From Myxococcota bacterium (GTDB lineage: Bacteria; Myxococcota_A; UBA796; GCA-2862545): a stretch of DNA of 53,674 nucleotides. This document shows, piece after piece, positions 30,721 through 40,828 of this stretch (the first letter of the stretch is position 1; the number at the start of each line of letters is the position of its first letter). A program made the position numbers and the translations under genes. The notes beneath the pieces are model-generated. The model saw only the letters and a list, made by a program, of their open reading frames with translations, did no database searches and had not been told where the DNA came from. The stretch spans positions 1-53,674 of the forward strand of contig JBCCQY010000052.1 of NCBI GenBank assembly GCA_039208735.1. The letters are read 5' to 3'.

Positions 30721-32223
30721 TCAGAAGACGTCGTAGCCGAGGAGATTGCCGGCCGTGTCATCCTCGATCCAGAAGCGACCGCCGGCGAACGAGAACGAGT
30801 TGTTGGCGTCGAACGAAGAGCTCGCACCATCGAGAACGGTGGTATCGAGGCGCTCGCCAGTCACGGCGTCCCAGGCCGACACCACGCCGTCCGAGTAGGT
30901 GAAGTAGTGGCCGTGGACGGCCACGATGCGGACGTCCTGCGGGTAGTCCGACTCGCTGTTGAGCGTGCCGAAGTCGACGAGCGCAAGGTCGGCCTGCTGG
31001 TTGCCCGCATCGTCCCAGCGTCGCACGATTCCGTCGTCGATCGACACGTACTGCATCGCCACGTCGTCCCAGACCACCGCGGACTGCGAAGACACACCGT
31101 CGCCTCCGAGGGTCACACTGACGGAAAACACACCTGGTGAGGTCTGCTGCAGGATGTCGTTGCTGCCGATGCCGCGAGCGTAGACCGGGGCCACGCCGTC
31201 GCCCTTCGTGAACACGGTTCGGAAGTCGATGCCTGGCTGGTAGTACTGAACGAAGTTCAGGTCGCCGTCGAGCTCCGCGTACACGTTGCCCGAGCCCGTC
31301 CCCCCACCGCCGACCCAGTAGTCGGAGCCGTCGAAGGCCACGCCGTTCACGCGGTTGTTCAGGGCTGGGGCGGGGACCGTGGTGGTCACCGCGTAGTTGG
31401 ACTGCTCGAACTCGAACGGGATCCTCATGCTGCCGTCGCAGACGTAGGCCGTGGCCGTCACTTCGATGGCATCGAGCGTGCCGCTCTCGTCGACGTCGAG
31501 GCCCGACTCGACGAGAATACCGCCGTCGGCGCAGTTCTCGCCCTCCGGCTCGGAGGTGATCGTCAGCAGGGTGTCGAACCCGTCCACGCCGTCAATACCG
31601 TCAGTGCCGTCAGTACCGTCGGCGCCGTTGCAGACGTACACCGTACCGGTGATCTCCCCGTCGTCGAGAACTCCGTCGACGTCGGTGTCCTTTCCGCGGT
31701 CGATGCGCTGGCCGCCGTCCGCACAGTTCGCCCCCGGGGCTTCGACGGCAACCGAGACGAGGTTCTCGATGCCATTGCACACGAAGGCAGTGCCCTCGAT
31801 CTCGGCCGAGTCGAGCACGCCGTCACGGTTCTCGTCGGCCCCATGGTCGATGCGGCGTCCACCCGCGGCGCAGTTCACGCCAGGCGACTCCTCGGTGACC
31901 GTGACGAGCGTGGTCACGCCATCGGCGCCATCGATCCCGTCGGCGCCGTCGGTCCCGTCGGTCCCGTCGACCCCGTCGGCTCCGTCCACGCCGTCGGCTC
32001 CGTCCGCGCCGTCCGTGGCCGCGCAGGCATAGAACGACCCGTCGATCTCGGAAGCTCCGAGCGACCCATCCCCATTGTCATCGGCGCCGAAGTCGAGGCG
32101 CTCCCCGCCGTTCGGGCAGCGCTCTCCGGCGGCCTCCGTCGTCACGGAAACGAGCTGACCGCCCGTCGTCGTCTCACAGGCGACCATCAGGACCAAGGCA
32201 CCCATTGCGAACCGTAGCTTCAC
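30721..32223 (-). CDS. surface lipoprotein with 4 Cys-containing repeats (DUF7151-type), collagen-like GxD tracts and a C-terminal beta-rich domain
   Basis: GGGAGG RBS then GTG at 32223; LMVA-C lipobox; four E..G.NC..GG...G.D...G.L...EI..T.YVC units; DGADGVDGTDG runs. Confidence 0.85.
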   Translation of the reverse strand: MKLRFAMGALVLMVACETTTGGQLVSVTTEAAGERCPNGGERLDFGADDNGDGSLGASEIDGSFYACAATDGADGADGVDGADGVDGTDGTDGADGIDGADGVTTLVTVTEESPGVNCAAGGRRIDHGADENRDGVLDSAEIEGTAFVCNGIENLVSVAVEAPGANCADGGQRIDRGKDTDVDGVLDDGEITGTVYVCNGADGTDGTDGIDGVDGFDTLLTITSEPEGENCADGGILVESGLDVDESGTLDAIEVTATAYVCDGSMRIPFEFEQSNYAVTTTVPAPALNNRVNGVAFDGSDYWVGGGGTGSGNVYAELDGDLNFVQYYQPGIDFRTVFTKGDGVAPVYARGIGSNDILQQTSPGVFSVSVTLGGDGVSSQSAVVWDDVAMQYVSIDDGIVRRWDDAGNQQADLALVDFGTLNSESDYPQDVRIVAVHGHYFTYSDGVVSAWDAVTGERLDTTVLDGASSSFDANNSFSFAGGRFWIEDDTAGNLLGYDVF

Positions 32224-32411
32224 ACAACCTCCCGTCGCCGACGTGCCCCGGCGAGCCCGTCGCATCGGAGCCTCGACGCCTGGATTCCGCTCGCATCCCC
32301 AACGGCGCTCGAGCACCGGGATTGTAGGTCGGGATCCGGGTGCCATCGGACCCTCATCGTGACCCAGATGTGATTCTGGGCAGAACTCCACATTGACCGA
32401 AAGCTTCGGTC

Positions 32412-32796
32412 ATGGGCTTCATGGTAGCCGGGATCATCGCGTCTTCGACGGCCAACGCCCAGGGTGGTTGGTGTCACCGGTACACCTGGCTGCACCTACA
32501 CTTCGCTGCAAGCGGCCCCCGATGCGGGGGAAACGGGCATCACGGTGGCGAGCAACCTTGGCGTGCTCGCGACGGGTGCCGTCTGGTCCATTACGTCCAT
32601 GCCGAATCAGCACATCACGATTCGAGGCGGGAACAACTGGGTTCCGGTCGTCGACCTTCAAGACGTCGCCATTTCGGACAGTGTGGGGACGGCCATCCTG
32701 CAGAACGACGGGTTCGTCAACCTGACGGGAGGTCGCTCAACGAGGGCCACCCCAAGGGAGGCGTCCGAGACCGATTTCGTCAGTCGAGGCGCTTGA
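32412..32796 (+). pseudogene. remnant of a secreted beta-helix-like protein
   Basis: Signal-like MGFMVAGIIASSTANAQ, then a frame change into VGVTGTPGCTYTSLQAA...; truncated. Confidence 0.4.
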
Positions 32797-34123
32797 CGGT
32801 GACGAACACCGCGGGATCGCGCCAGTCATAGACGAAGGGATCGAGGTCGCCGAAGCCCTCAATGCCACGGTGCCGGCGGATCACCCCGTTCTCGGCCAGG
32901 GCGGGGTCGGACATCCCGCTGCCCGGTCCTGCACCGCAGAACGGCGCCGGCACGATGTCGATGCGGTTCTCGGTGTTGATCTCGGTGCCCGCATCAAAGG
33001 TGTCGAGGCGGTAGGTGCGGGTCTGGCCGATCTGGTTGGGCAGATCGCGCGCGTCGAGACCGGCGAAGCCATCGTTGGTGCAGATGACCATCGACACGAT
33101 GGACAGCTGCGTCTCGGACGAGGCGATCTCGAAGGTCGCGCTCTGACCCGGTCCCACTGGACCGCCGGTGTCGCCCACGCCGCTCGCGCCGATGTCGAGA
33201 TCGTCGATCGCGGTTTCGAGCTCGGTGGCGAGGACCGGAACGGCCCCGTTCTCGGCGACGGCCTGCACCCCAAAACTCGCGGCATGGTTCAGCTGGAAGA
33301 TGTGCTCGCCGCGCTGGTGGATCGCCCAGTTGGGCGGGGTGAAGTACTGGCCGGTCGTGCGGTTCTCGAAGGTCACCTCGTAGGTGACGTCCCGGGGGAT
33401 CGAGCTGCGGGTGACGGTCACGCGAACCGCCGGATCCTGCCAGTCGTAGACGTTGGGATCGAGGTCGGCTCCGCCTTGGATGCCCTGATGACGACGAATC
33501 ACTCCGCCCTCGGCGAGCGCCGAGTCGGTCGTGCCGCTGCCGCCCCCCGGGCCACAGAACGGGGCGGGAACGATGTCACCGCGGGCCTCGGTGTTGATCT
33601 CGGTGCCCGCGTCGAAGCTGTCCATGAAGTACGTGCGGGTCTCGCCGTCACGACGCGGCAGATCGATGTCCCGCAGGCCTGCGAAGCCGTCGTTGGTGCA
33701 GATGACCATCGACACCATCGACAGGCGGCGCTCACTGGCCACGAAGTCCGAGGTGATGTCACTGACGAACTCGAAAGTGACGGACTGGCCGGGCCCGATG
33801 GGACCGTTGGCGGCATCGCCGACCCCGCTGACCCCGAGTCCCATCGCGTCAATCGCGGCGTCCAGCTCGGCGGCGAGGGCCGGCACGTCCCCGTTCTCGG
33901 CGACCGCCTGCACACCGGGGCTCGCCGCTTGGTCGAGGCGGAAGACGTCGAGCTGCCGATCGTGGACCGCGTAGTTGGGCGGGGTGAAGTACTGCCCCGA
34001 GGTGAGGTTCTCGAACGTGATGGTGTAGACGCCGGTGGTGTTCGGCGGGTTGGCCAGAGCGGGGGCCGCCACCAGCGAGCCGAGGAACATCAAGCCAGAG
34101 AGCGCGGGGGTCCAGTTGCGCAT
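32780..34123 (-). CDS. secreted protein with two tandem spondin_N domains
   Basis: Signal peptide MRNWTPAL...PALA. The motif FEN.T.GQYFTPP...AVAENG...SMVICTNDGFAGL...FDAGTEINTE occurs twice. Confidence 0.9.
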   Translation of the reverse strand: MRNWTPALSGLMFLGSLVAAPALANPPNTTGVYTITFENLTSGQYFTPPNYAVHDRQLDVFRLDQAASPGVQAVAENGDVPALAAELDAAIDAMGLGVSGVGDAANGPIGPGQSVTFEFVSDITSDFVASERRLSMVSMVICTNDGFAGLRDIDLPRRDGETRTYFMDSFDAGTEINTEARGDIVPAPFCGPGGGSGTTDSALAEGGVIRRHQGIQGGADLDPNVYDWQDPAVRVTVTRSSIPRDVTYEVTFENRTTGQYFTPPNWAIHQRGEHIFQLNHAASFGVQAVAENGAVPVLATELETAIDDLDIGASGVGDTGGPVGPGQSATFEIASSETQLSIVSMVICTNDGFAGLDARDLPNQIGQTRTYRLDTFDAGTEINTENRIDIVPAPFCGAGPGSGMSDPALAENGVIRRHRGIEGFGDLDPFVYDWRDPAVFVTVKRLD

Positions 34124-34241
34124 CGTTACTCCGTGTGGGCCGCGCGGCCGGGGGTGGCCGCGGGGGGTGCACACGGGGATAGGGACGGGCCGCGTCAGAG
34201 GTTACTGGGCGCGATCGAAATTCCTGATGTCGGCCGAAGGG

Positions 34242-34620
34242 TCAGTCTTCACCTCCGTGCTCGTCCGCTTCGGCCGCGGCGTCTTCGCCGAGGGTCTGGA
34301 CCATGTTGTCCATGCGGTACTTGGTACGGGTGTCCACGCCCTCGCCTGCGTCCTCGCCGTAGCCAGCGAGGACGACGTACTTGGAATCGAAGTCGGCGTG
34401 GCGGAACACCGAGGTGTTCACGGACATCGAGTGGCGCTGGCCCAACTGCTCGGCGTACCAGTCCTGCACCGGGTTGTCGTCCGAGGCGTGCCAGCAGCTC
34501 TGGAGCGCCGCATCGGGAGCGAGCCGCAGGGTCGCGATGCAGGGGTACTCGTCACAGTCGATGCGGTCGACCTCGACCCCGTCGAGCTGGCCTTGCGCGA
34601 TCACTCTGGAGAATGACGGC
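34242..34620 (-). pseudogene. C-terminal fragment of a hypothetical protein
   Basis: Protein-like VEVDRIDCDEYPCIATLRL... segment with no credible start. Confidence 0.4.
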
Positions 34621-34709
34621 GACCCGAAGATGCGCGGTTCGCCCGGGGAGGTTCCACCGCGATGCGTACCAGGCCGTCGAGGTCGACGAGCACGTCGCCG
34701 GCCGCGATC

Positions 34710-35619
34710 CGAACGTCGCCCGACACCTCGCTGAGCCCGGCACGGGGGCGAGCCCCTGACGCTGCGGTCGCCGCGACAACCATGGCGAGGAGGTGATGTC
34801 GTATCGAGGGCCGTCACAGCTCCGTCCGGCAGAGAGCGACCCTTGGTCGGTGTACCAGCGCCTGACCGGCGCGGGAGGGGCTGTCGGACTTCGACGCTCC
34901 GTCAATGACCTCGTGCTCGACCAGCTCCACCATCTGATCGCCCATCCCCGACTGTCACAGGAGGATGCGCAGCGGCTCGAGCAAACCCAGAGCGTGCGCG
35001 ACTTCGAGCTGTTGTCGGGCCGACTGTCGGCGAGCCGGTGGCGCGAGATGAAGGAGCTGGCGGGAAGGTACTCCGACGATCCCGTCGCGCTCGACGTGGC
35101 TCGTCCGCACTGCGATCTGCTCGCCTTGAGCATGGCGTCGGGCGTGATCACAGCGGGCACGCTGCAGATCGGGGACCGGCTCGACCGGGCCAACTACTAG
35201 GTTAACGGCCGATACCTGTGCTAGTACCACGGCATCACGCATCGCGTGATCGAGAAGTCGGACTGGGGCGACTACAACAGCTGCCAGGAGATGCACGCCG
35301 ATGTGAACCGGCTGCATCTGCGCGTCTTCGTACACTTCCTCGATCGGCTGTTCGAGCACGGCATCCTCGACCGGTCCGTCGTGGTCTGGTGCAGCGACAT
35401 CGCCACCGGGTCCCATCGCTACACCAACCTTCCGTGGATCATCGCCGGTCGCGGCGACAGCTCGCTTCGGACGGGGAGTACGTCGATGTCGGCGACGTGA
35501 CCCACAACCGCCTGCTGGCGGTTCTGCTCACCGCGACGGGCCATCGCAACGACGACGGCTCGTCGATCGAGCATTTCGGGGACTCCGAGGTGGCTATCCC
35601 CTTCTGCCTGGTCCATTGA
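34710..35619 (+). pseudogene. DUF1552-family protein remnant
   Basis: SYRGP..LRPAESDPW, SVNDLV, D.QRLE, YHGITH, ILDRSVVVWCSD, LPWIIAG and HNRLL...FGD, broken by TAGs at 35198 and 35222 and by frameshifts. Confidence 0.75.
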
Positions 35620-35621
35620 AT

Positions 35622-35638
35622 TTGAAAGTCACTTTCAA
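35622..35638. promoter_or_regulatory. putative Fur box upstream of the TonB-dependent receptor
   Basis: Perfect 8-1-8 palindrome TTGAAAGT-C-ACTTTCAA, 36 bp before the receptor start, resembling the deltaproteobacterial consensus TGAAAATnATTTTCA. Confidence 0.75.
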
Positions 35639-35674
35639 GATCAGTACGACGCCGCGCATTGCGTTCGGAGACTG

Positions 35675-37810
35675 ATGATGATGCTCATTTGCGCCGGGCT
35701 GGCCGTGGCGCGCGCCCAGGCCGGGCCCGAGCAATACGACGAACCGGAGGCTTCTCCCACCGACGACGATGATCGAGACCACCTCGAGGAGATCGTGGTC
35801 GAGGGGGACTCGCAGGAGGCCCGGCTGTCCCGGGAGCCCATCGCCGTCACGTCGATCGACACGACGGAGGCCAAACGGGCGTCCGCGGACTTGGGAGAGG
35901 TGCTTGCACAGACCCCCGGAGTGGCGGTGCGGCGCACCGGCGGGCTCGGCTCGGGCTCGACGTTGGCACTGCACGGGCTGCAGGGTGACCAGGTTCGTCT
36001 CTTCGTCGACGGCATCCCCCTCGATGCAGCCGGATATGTCGCCGACCTGTCGGCCATTCCCGTCAACGTGGTCGACCGCATCGACGTGTACAAGGGTGTG
36101 TTGCCCATCCGTCTCGGAACCGATGCGCTGGGCGGCGCGCTCGACCTCGTCTCCCGCTTTCCCGCCCGAGGCGTCCACGGCAGCGCCTCGGCGCAAGTCG
36201 GCTCCTTTGGCACCGTTCGCCTGAGCGGATCGGCGTCGTTCCGACCGAAGTACGAGGGCTGGTATCTGCGGTTCGACGCCTTTGGAGATCAGTCCGAAAA
36301 CAACTACTTCGTGGATGTGGAGGTGGCGAACGATGACTTCCAGCTCGTGCCCGCGACGGTGCGCCGCTTCCACGATCGGTACCGAGGGGTAGGCGGCCGC
36401 ATGACAACTGGGGCGGTCAGCCTGCCCTGGGCGCGACGGCTGGAACTCCAGATCTTCGGAAGCGCCGGCGACAAACAGGTCCAACACGACCCCGTGATGG
36501 TTCGTCCCTACGGCGAGGTGGTGCAGAGAGGGTCCACGACGGGATTGTCCGTCCGCTACGAGGTGGGCGGGCGAACGACGGATCTCGAGGTCGTGGCCAG
36601 CTATGCGCAGGTGCGCATCGGTATTCTCGACGTATCGAGCTGCGTGTACGACTGGACCGGCACGTGTGTGCGCGAGGTCGCGGGTACGGGGGAGCGCGGA
36701 GACCCCAGCGACACCGTTTTCGTGGACCAGCAGGGGTTCTCACGCATCGCCGGCCAGTGGCGCCCCGCCCGGGGCCACTTCGTGGACGTGGCGAGCTCGG
36801 GTCGGCTGTTCCAGCGGGCCGGAGACAACCGGCTGAACGACAATCCCGATGCGCTTGACGCCATCGAGCTGCAAAGAGAGCTGTACAGCCTGATCAACGG
36901 GCTGTCCTACACCTACCGGTCCGAGGACGAGAAGCTCGAGACGCTGGCCTTCGTCAAGCACTACCACCAGACTCTGCGCAGCGAGACCATCGTACAGGGA
37001 ACGACCGCCGAGCCAGAGAATCGCAGCATCAACCCCTTCGGGGCGGGTCTCGGTGTCCGCTGGGAGCCGACCGAGGGCTGGCGGCTGAAGGCCTCCTACG
37101 AGTTCGCCATCCGACAGCCCTCGGCGGCCCAGGTCTTCGGGGATGGTCTGTTCGTCATCCAGAACCTCGAGCTGCGGCCCGAACGCAGTCACAACGTCAA
37201 CGTTGGGGTGCAGGCGTCGACTCCGTCTTCCGCACCTTGGTGGACCAAGGTGGAGGTGCTCGGGGTCCTGCGCGACACGGACGACCAGATCGGGACCTTC
37301 GGCAACGAGCTTTCTGTCACCAACGAGAACTTGCTGACGGCACGCACCCTGGGGCTGGAAGTCGATGGTCTGGCGGGTCGGCCCGACGGGAGATTCGTCG
37401 TCCAAGGGAGTGGAACCTGGCTCGACCTGCGTAACACCGGAGAAGGTGGGTTGTTCGGGCCCTTCGCGGGCGATCGAATCCCCAACCGTCCGTGGTTGTT
37501 CGCCACGGGTACGGCACGTACCCAGCTGCCCCTGTCCCGCGGTCTCACGTTCAGCGGCTGGTGGACCTCCCGCTACACAGGCGCGTTCAACCGGAACTGG
37601 GAGAGCGTCGTCAACCCCGCGTTCGCGTCCGGAATCGATCCACAGCTCGCCCATTCGGTGGGCGTCGGCCTGCTGTGGTCATCCGCCGACGAGCGCAGCA
37701 TGGCCCTGACCGCGGACCTGCAGAATCTGACCAACGAAGCCCTGTTCGACGTCTTTGGCGTCCAACGGCCCGGCCGAGCCGTGTCCGCCAAGTTCACCAC
37801 CAACTGGTAG
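35675..37810 (+). CDS. TonB-dependent siderophore receptor (MxcH-like)
   Basis: TonB box EEIVVEG; plug PGVAVRRTGGLGS...RIDVYKG...DALGGA; NLELRPERS; NLTNE..FDVFGVQRPGR; terminal Trp. Confidence 0.92.
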   Translation: MMMLICAGLAVARAQAGPEQYDEPEASPTDDDDRDHLEEIVVEGDSQEARLSREPIAVTSIDTTEAKRASADLGEVLAQTPGVAVRRTGGLGSGSTLALHGLQGDQVRLFVDGIPLDAAGYVADLSAIPVNVVDRIDVYKGVLPIRLGTDALGGALDLVSRFPARGVHGSASAQVGSFGTVRLSGSASFRPKYEGWYLRFDAFGDQSENNYFVDVEVANDDFQLVPATVRRFHDRYRGVGGRMTTGAVSLPWARRLELQIFGSAGDKQVQHDPVMVRPYGEVVQRGSTTGLSVRYEVGGRTTDLEVVASYAQVRIGILDVSSCVYDWTGTCVREVAGTGERGDPSDTVFVDQQGFSRIAGQWRPARGHFVDVASSGRLFQRAGDNRLNDNPDALDAIELQRELYSLINGLSYTYRSEDEKLETLAFVKHYHQTLRSETIVQGTTAEPENRSINPFGAGLGVRWEPTEGWRLKASYEFAIRQPSAAQVFGDGLFVIQNLELRPERSHNVNVGVQASTPSSAPWWTKVEVLGVLRDTDDQIGTFGNELSVTNENLLTARTLGLEVDGLAGRPDGRFVVQGSGTWLDLRNTGEGGLFGPFAGDRIPNRPWLFATGTARTQLPLSRGLTFSGWWTSRYTGAFNRNWESVVNPAFASGIDPQLAHSVGVGLLWSSADERSMALTADLQNLTNEALFDVFGVQRPGRAVSAKFTTNW

Positions 37811-37823
37811 CGAGGAGAGTGCA

Positions 37824-39026
37824 ATGCGATTGACTTTGATGCTCACATGGGCCGCCCTGGCCTGCACCGAGACCACCGACCCCGGAGACGATCCGCGTCA
37901 GAACGACCCAGGCGACGGAGTCGTCGAGGTCCGGCCCAACACCTACTATCTGGGCCAGACCGTCGAGACTCCCGATGGCCCCCTCAACGTGCTCGGCTTG
38001 TCGGAGACGTTCGATGCATCATTGGCCGACCTCGAGAACGTGTTCGACTTCAACGGTGACGTCTACGAACACAACGGGGACTTCTTCATCTTCGTCAACG
38101 CACAGGTCACCAAGTGGACCTACGACGGCGAGGCGCTGATCGAAGGGGAGACCCTCGACTTGGCCCAGGCTGGTGCGCCATCGGGCATCCTGCGTTTCGG
38201 TGATGCGGACTCGGGCTTCGGTATCGACTGGGAGAACCTGTCGGTCGTAGAATTCAACCCGATCGACATGACCGTCACCCAGGTGGTGGACGTGAGCGCC
38301 GCCTCGCGCAAGGGGTGGGATCTTCAGCTCCGACGTCCAATATGGCGCAACGACGTCCTTTACCTGTACGTCGTGTGGAGTCGAAACGGACAGTCGGAGT
38401 TCATCAACAACCTGGCGATGGGCATCCTCGACACGATCACCGGCGACTTTTCGGTCATCGAGGACGAGCGTTGTCCGACGAGTGCCGGCTTCGGGGGATG
38501 GGTCGACGAGCAGAACGACCTCTACGCTTACGGCGACACCTTCGTGGGCGCCACCATCTTCCAGGGCGACCCGAAGCAGCCGTGCGTGCTTCGTATTCCG
38601 GACGGAAGCCGTACCTTCGACGACTTCGTGTTTACGCCGAGTGCGCTCACGCCGGAGTATTTCCCCGTCGCGCTGAACTACGCGGGTGACGGCATCGCGC
38701 TGTCGACCGGGATCAACCTCGCCAAGGCGCTCGCCGCCGAGAACCCCGCCGCGGTGTTCGCCGAGAACATCCACCCGACCCTGGCCTACAACCCCGTGGA
38801 GAACACCGGGCAGATCGTGGAGACGATCCCGCCGGGTGGCGTTGCCATCACGCCGAACGCAGTGGTCGACGGCGTGACCTACTTTGCACGCACCACAGCT
38901 ACGTCGGTCGACGAGGATGTCGAGTCGGTCCTGCTCTCCTTCGACCCGGAGACGCTGACCGCCGAAGAGCAGTTCACCTTCCCGGGCTTCCTGGGGGTGC
39001 TCGGCCGGCTCGACGGCGGCGAGTGA
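37824..39026 (+). CDS. MxcI-like surface lipoprotein partner of the TonB receptor
   Basis: GAGGAG RBS; MRLTLMLTWAALA-C; EDERC...DLY...CVLRI.DG.RTFD motif shared with the 46697-47917 protein. Confidence 0.75.
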   Translation: MRLTLMLTWAALACTETTDPGDDPRQNDPGDGVVEVRPNTYYLGQTVETPDGPLNVLGLSETFDASLADLENVFDFNGDVYEHNGDFFIFVNAQVTKWTYDGEALIEGETLDLAQAGAPSGILRFGDADSGFGIDWENLSVVEFNPIDMTVTQVVDVSAASRKGWDLQLRRPIWRNDVLYLYVVWSRNGQSEFINNLAMGILDTITGDFSVIEDERCPTSAGFGGWVDEQNDLYAYGDTFVGATIFQGDPKQPCVLRIPDGSRTFDDFVFTPSALTPEYFPVALNYAGDGIALSTGINLAKALAAENPAAVFAENIHPTLAYNPVENTGQIVETIPPGGVAITPNAVVDGVTYFARTTATSVDEDVESVLLSFDPETLTAEEQFTFPGFLGVLGRLDGGE

Positions 39027-39060
39027 CGGCGCCGTTCGCGTGGTGGGCAAGTCGAGCGAC

Positions 39061-39894
39061 TTAGGCCCAACCTAGCCGGAACTGGTTGATGCGGTAATTG
39101 CGGGTCATCCATCGCACGAGCCACGGAGTGACCATCAGCATCGCTCGCCACGTGAAGGGGAGATGCGCGCGGATCGCAGGGCTGACCTCGGCCATGATCA
39201 TCGTGTCCAGAAGTTTGATTCCGGGGGCCCATTCCTCCACCTCCCCGGGGTCGTCGCACGCCCACTTGAACCAGCTGTCGATCGACAGCTTCTTCATCGC
39301 GTCCTGAGAGGCCTTCGGGGTCGTCAACGTAGAGGAGCAGGTATCCGTGACCAGGATCGCCCCCGGGAACCGCTCCGAAAGCTGCCTGACGATCTGCTGA
39401 ACCTGGACCTTATCCAAGTAGATGATGACCGCCTCCGACAAGAACAGGAATGGGCCCCCTGCTTCGTCGATTTGCCGCATCCAGTCCTCGTCGAGAACGC
39501 TGGCCGCGATCATCGTCCGGCGTGGCTCGTCCTCGAAGAAACGCCGGCGAAGGGCCATCGCGTCTGGGAGATCGAGTTCGAACCAGCGCGCGCGCCCGTT
39601 GTCGATGCGCTCGAACCGTGTGTTCAGCCCGCACCCGATCTCGACGATCGTGCCCGTAGGGTTTTCATCGAGGAAACGCTGTGCGATCTCGTCGTACACC
39701 TTGGTGCGCATGCAGGCCAGGATCACATTCTGGCCGTCCCACTTCGTGAAGTCGTAGTCGAGCGTGTCGACGATGGTGGTGGCCTTCGGGTCGTCGAGAA
39801 GTCCGTGGCGCTTTCGCGTCTCTACCGCGCGGCCGTAAAGCGGGATCAAGAGCGTCTGCTGAACCGGGCCAAGTTCGACGGGGAGTTTGCTCAT
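39061..39894 (-). CDS. class I SAM-dependent O-methyltransferase (LCM/TcmP-like)
   Basis: QTLLIPLYGRA, IGCGLNTRFER, WFELDLP, ASVLDEDW and SEAVIIY. Start placed at MSKLPV (39894). Confidence 0.9.
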   Translation of the reverse strand: MSKLPVELGPVQQTLLIPLYGRAVETRKRHGLLDDPKATTIVDTLDYDFTKWDGQNVILACMRTKVYDEIAQRFLDENPTGTIVEIGCGLNTRFERIDNGRARWFELDLPDAMALRRRFFEDEPRRTMIAASVLDEDWMRQIDEAGGPFLFLSEAVIIYLDKVQVQQIVRQLSERFPGAILVTDTCSSTLTTPKASQDAMKKLSIDSWFKWACDDPGEVEEWAPGIKLLDTMIMAEVSPAIRAHLPFTWRAMLMVTPWLVRWMTRNYRINQFRLGWA

Positions 39895-39926
39895 GTCCGA
39901 ACTCCAAGAACCGTGGTGTACGGTAT

Positions 39927-39941
39927 TGAAAATGATTTTCA
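39927..39941. promoter_or_regulatory. putative Fur box between divergent methyltransferase genes
   Basis: Perfect 7-1-7 palindrome TGAAAAT-G-ATTTTCA in an otherwise GC-rich region. Confidence 0.8.
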
Positions 39942-39975
39942 CCTTCAGTTACAACGGGGGTGAAGGAAGGACTTC

Positions 39976-40085
39976 ATGACCGAGATTGCCCCGCGCGTCG
40001 AGCCCGGGCTCACGGGCGTACCGAGACCATGCTCTGGACGCTGCACAACCGTGCCACGGAGTCGATGAGACCCGATGGGGTGTAG
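39976..40085 (+). pseudogene. 5' stub of a second LCM/TcmP-like methyltransferase
   Basis: GAAGGA RBS; MTEIAPRVEPGLTGV[frameshift]ETMLWTLHNRATESMRPDGV*, the typical N-terminus of this family. Confidence 0.65.
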
Positions 40086-40828
40086 CCGAGAAGCCAAGCA
40101 AAGAGCAACGAGCAAAAAACACCTGTCACGATTCGACCTCCGAAGGGGAGATGTTCCCTGGCAGGCAGCGGTATCGATCTGCATCCTCCGAACAGTCGGG
40201 TGGGTCCCGATCTCGCCTTCGGGCCAGGTGTGATGTTATAGAACCGGTTGGCGGTGCGTTCGAATGCCTCGGGTCTGGAGCGTGCCGCGACACAGGATGC
40301 CCGTTGTGCCGGGCGTGTCGAACACGCTCGGAACGCCCCGTTCGCGACGAAAGGCGCTACCAGGACATGATGTGGGCAGACCGGTCCGAGGTTCACCCGA
40401 AGATCAACAGTTGAACTATGGGTGCGCGAAAGTCAGTGTCGTCCCGGCCGTACGAGCTGGTCGCATTGTGGATGCCCAGCGATGGACGGCAAACCCCAGG
40501 GACCAAACCAAAAGCCATGAGCCAAGCCCACAGATGCTGCGAGGATAGTGTGTCTTGCCCCGTGGGCTTGTCGCTGGGATCGTCGACCGGTGCCGTTGTC
40601 CAGATTTCGACGAGGCCACCTAGCAGCACTCGGGGAAGCGACGAGGAACCGGCCTGAGGCGGTCGCAGGATTCTACGCACCGATGAGCGCGGAACCGAAG
40701 ATCGATGGCGACGGACGGCTTGCGGTGGCGAATTCTTGGTTGGGATGGGGCGATCCGTCCGGGAACGGCAGACCGGTGCAGTCAGCCTCGATGGCAAGGC
40801 CGCAAAATCCGAGGGGAAGATGCATGGC

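Noticed and set aside
18112..34759. Long ORFs 18112-19692(-), 26764-28491(-), 29247-30368(+) and 32870-34759(+)
   Set aside because: Antisense to recognisable genes (FG-GAP, SDR, GT-C, spondin), with Arg/Gly-rich non-protein-like composition.
20523..40085. Repeated in-frame TAG codons (20523, 30366, 35198, 35222, 40083) suggesting amber recoding or pyrrolysine
   Set aside because: The same genes also carry frameshifts or truncations, intact genes use TAG as a normal stop (e.g. 6599, 12715, 37810), and no pyl genes or suppressor tRNA are seen.
40090..40820. ORFs between the methyltransferase stub and IS1182, and in 42600-43230
   Set aside because: No recognisable motifs or convincing starts, and the IS1182 terminal repeat could not be identified by eye.
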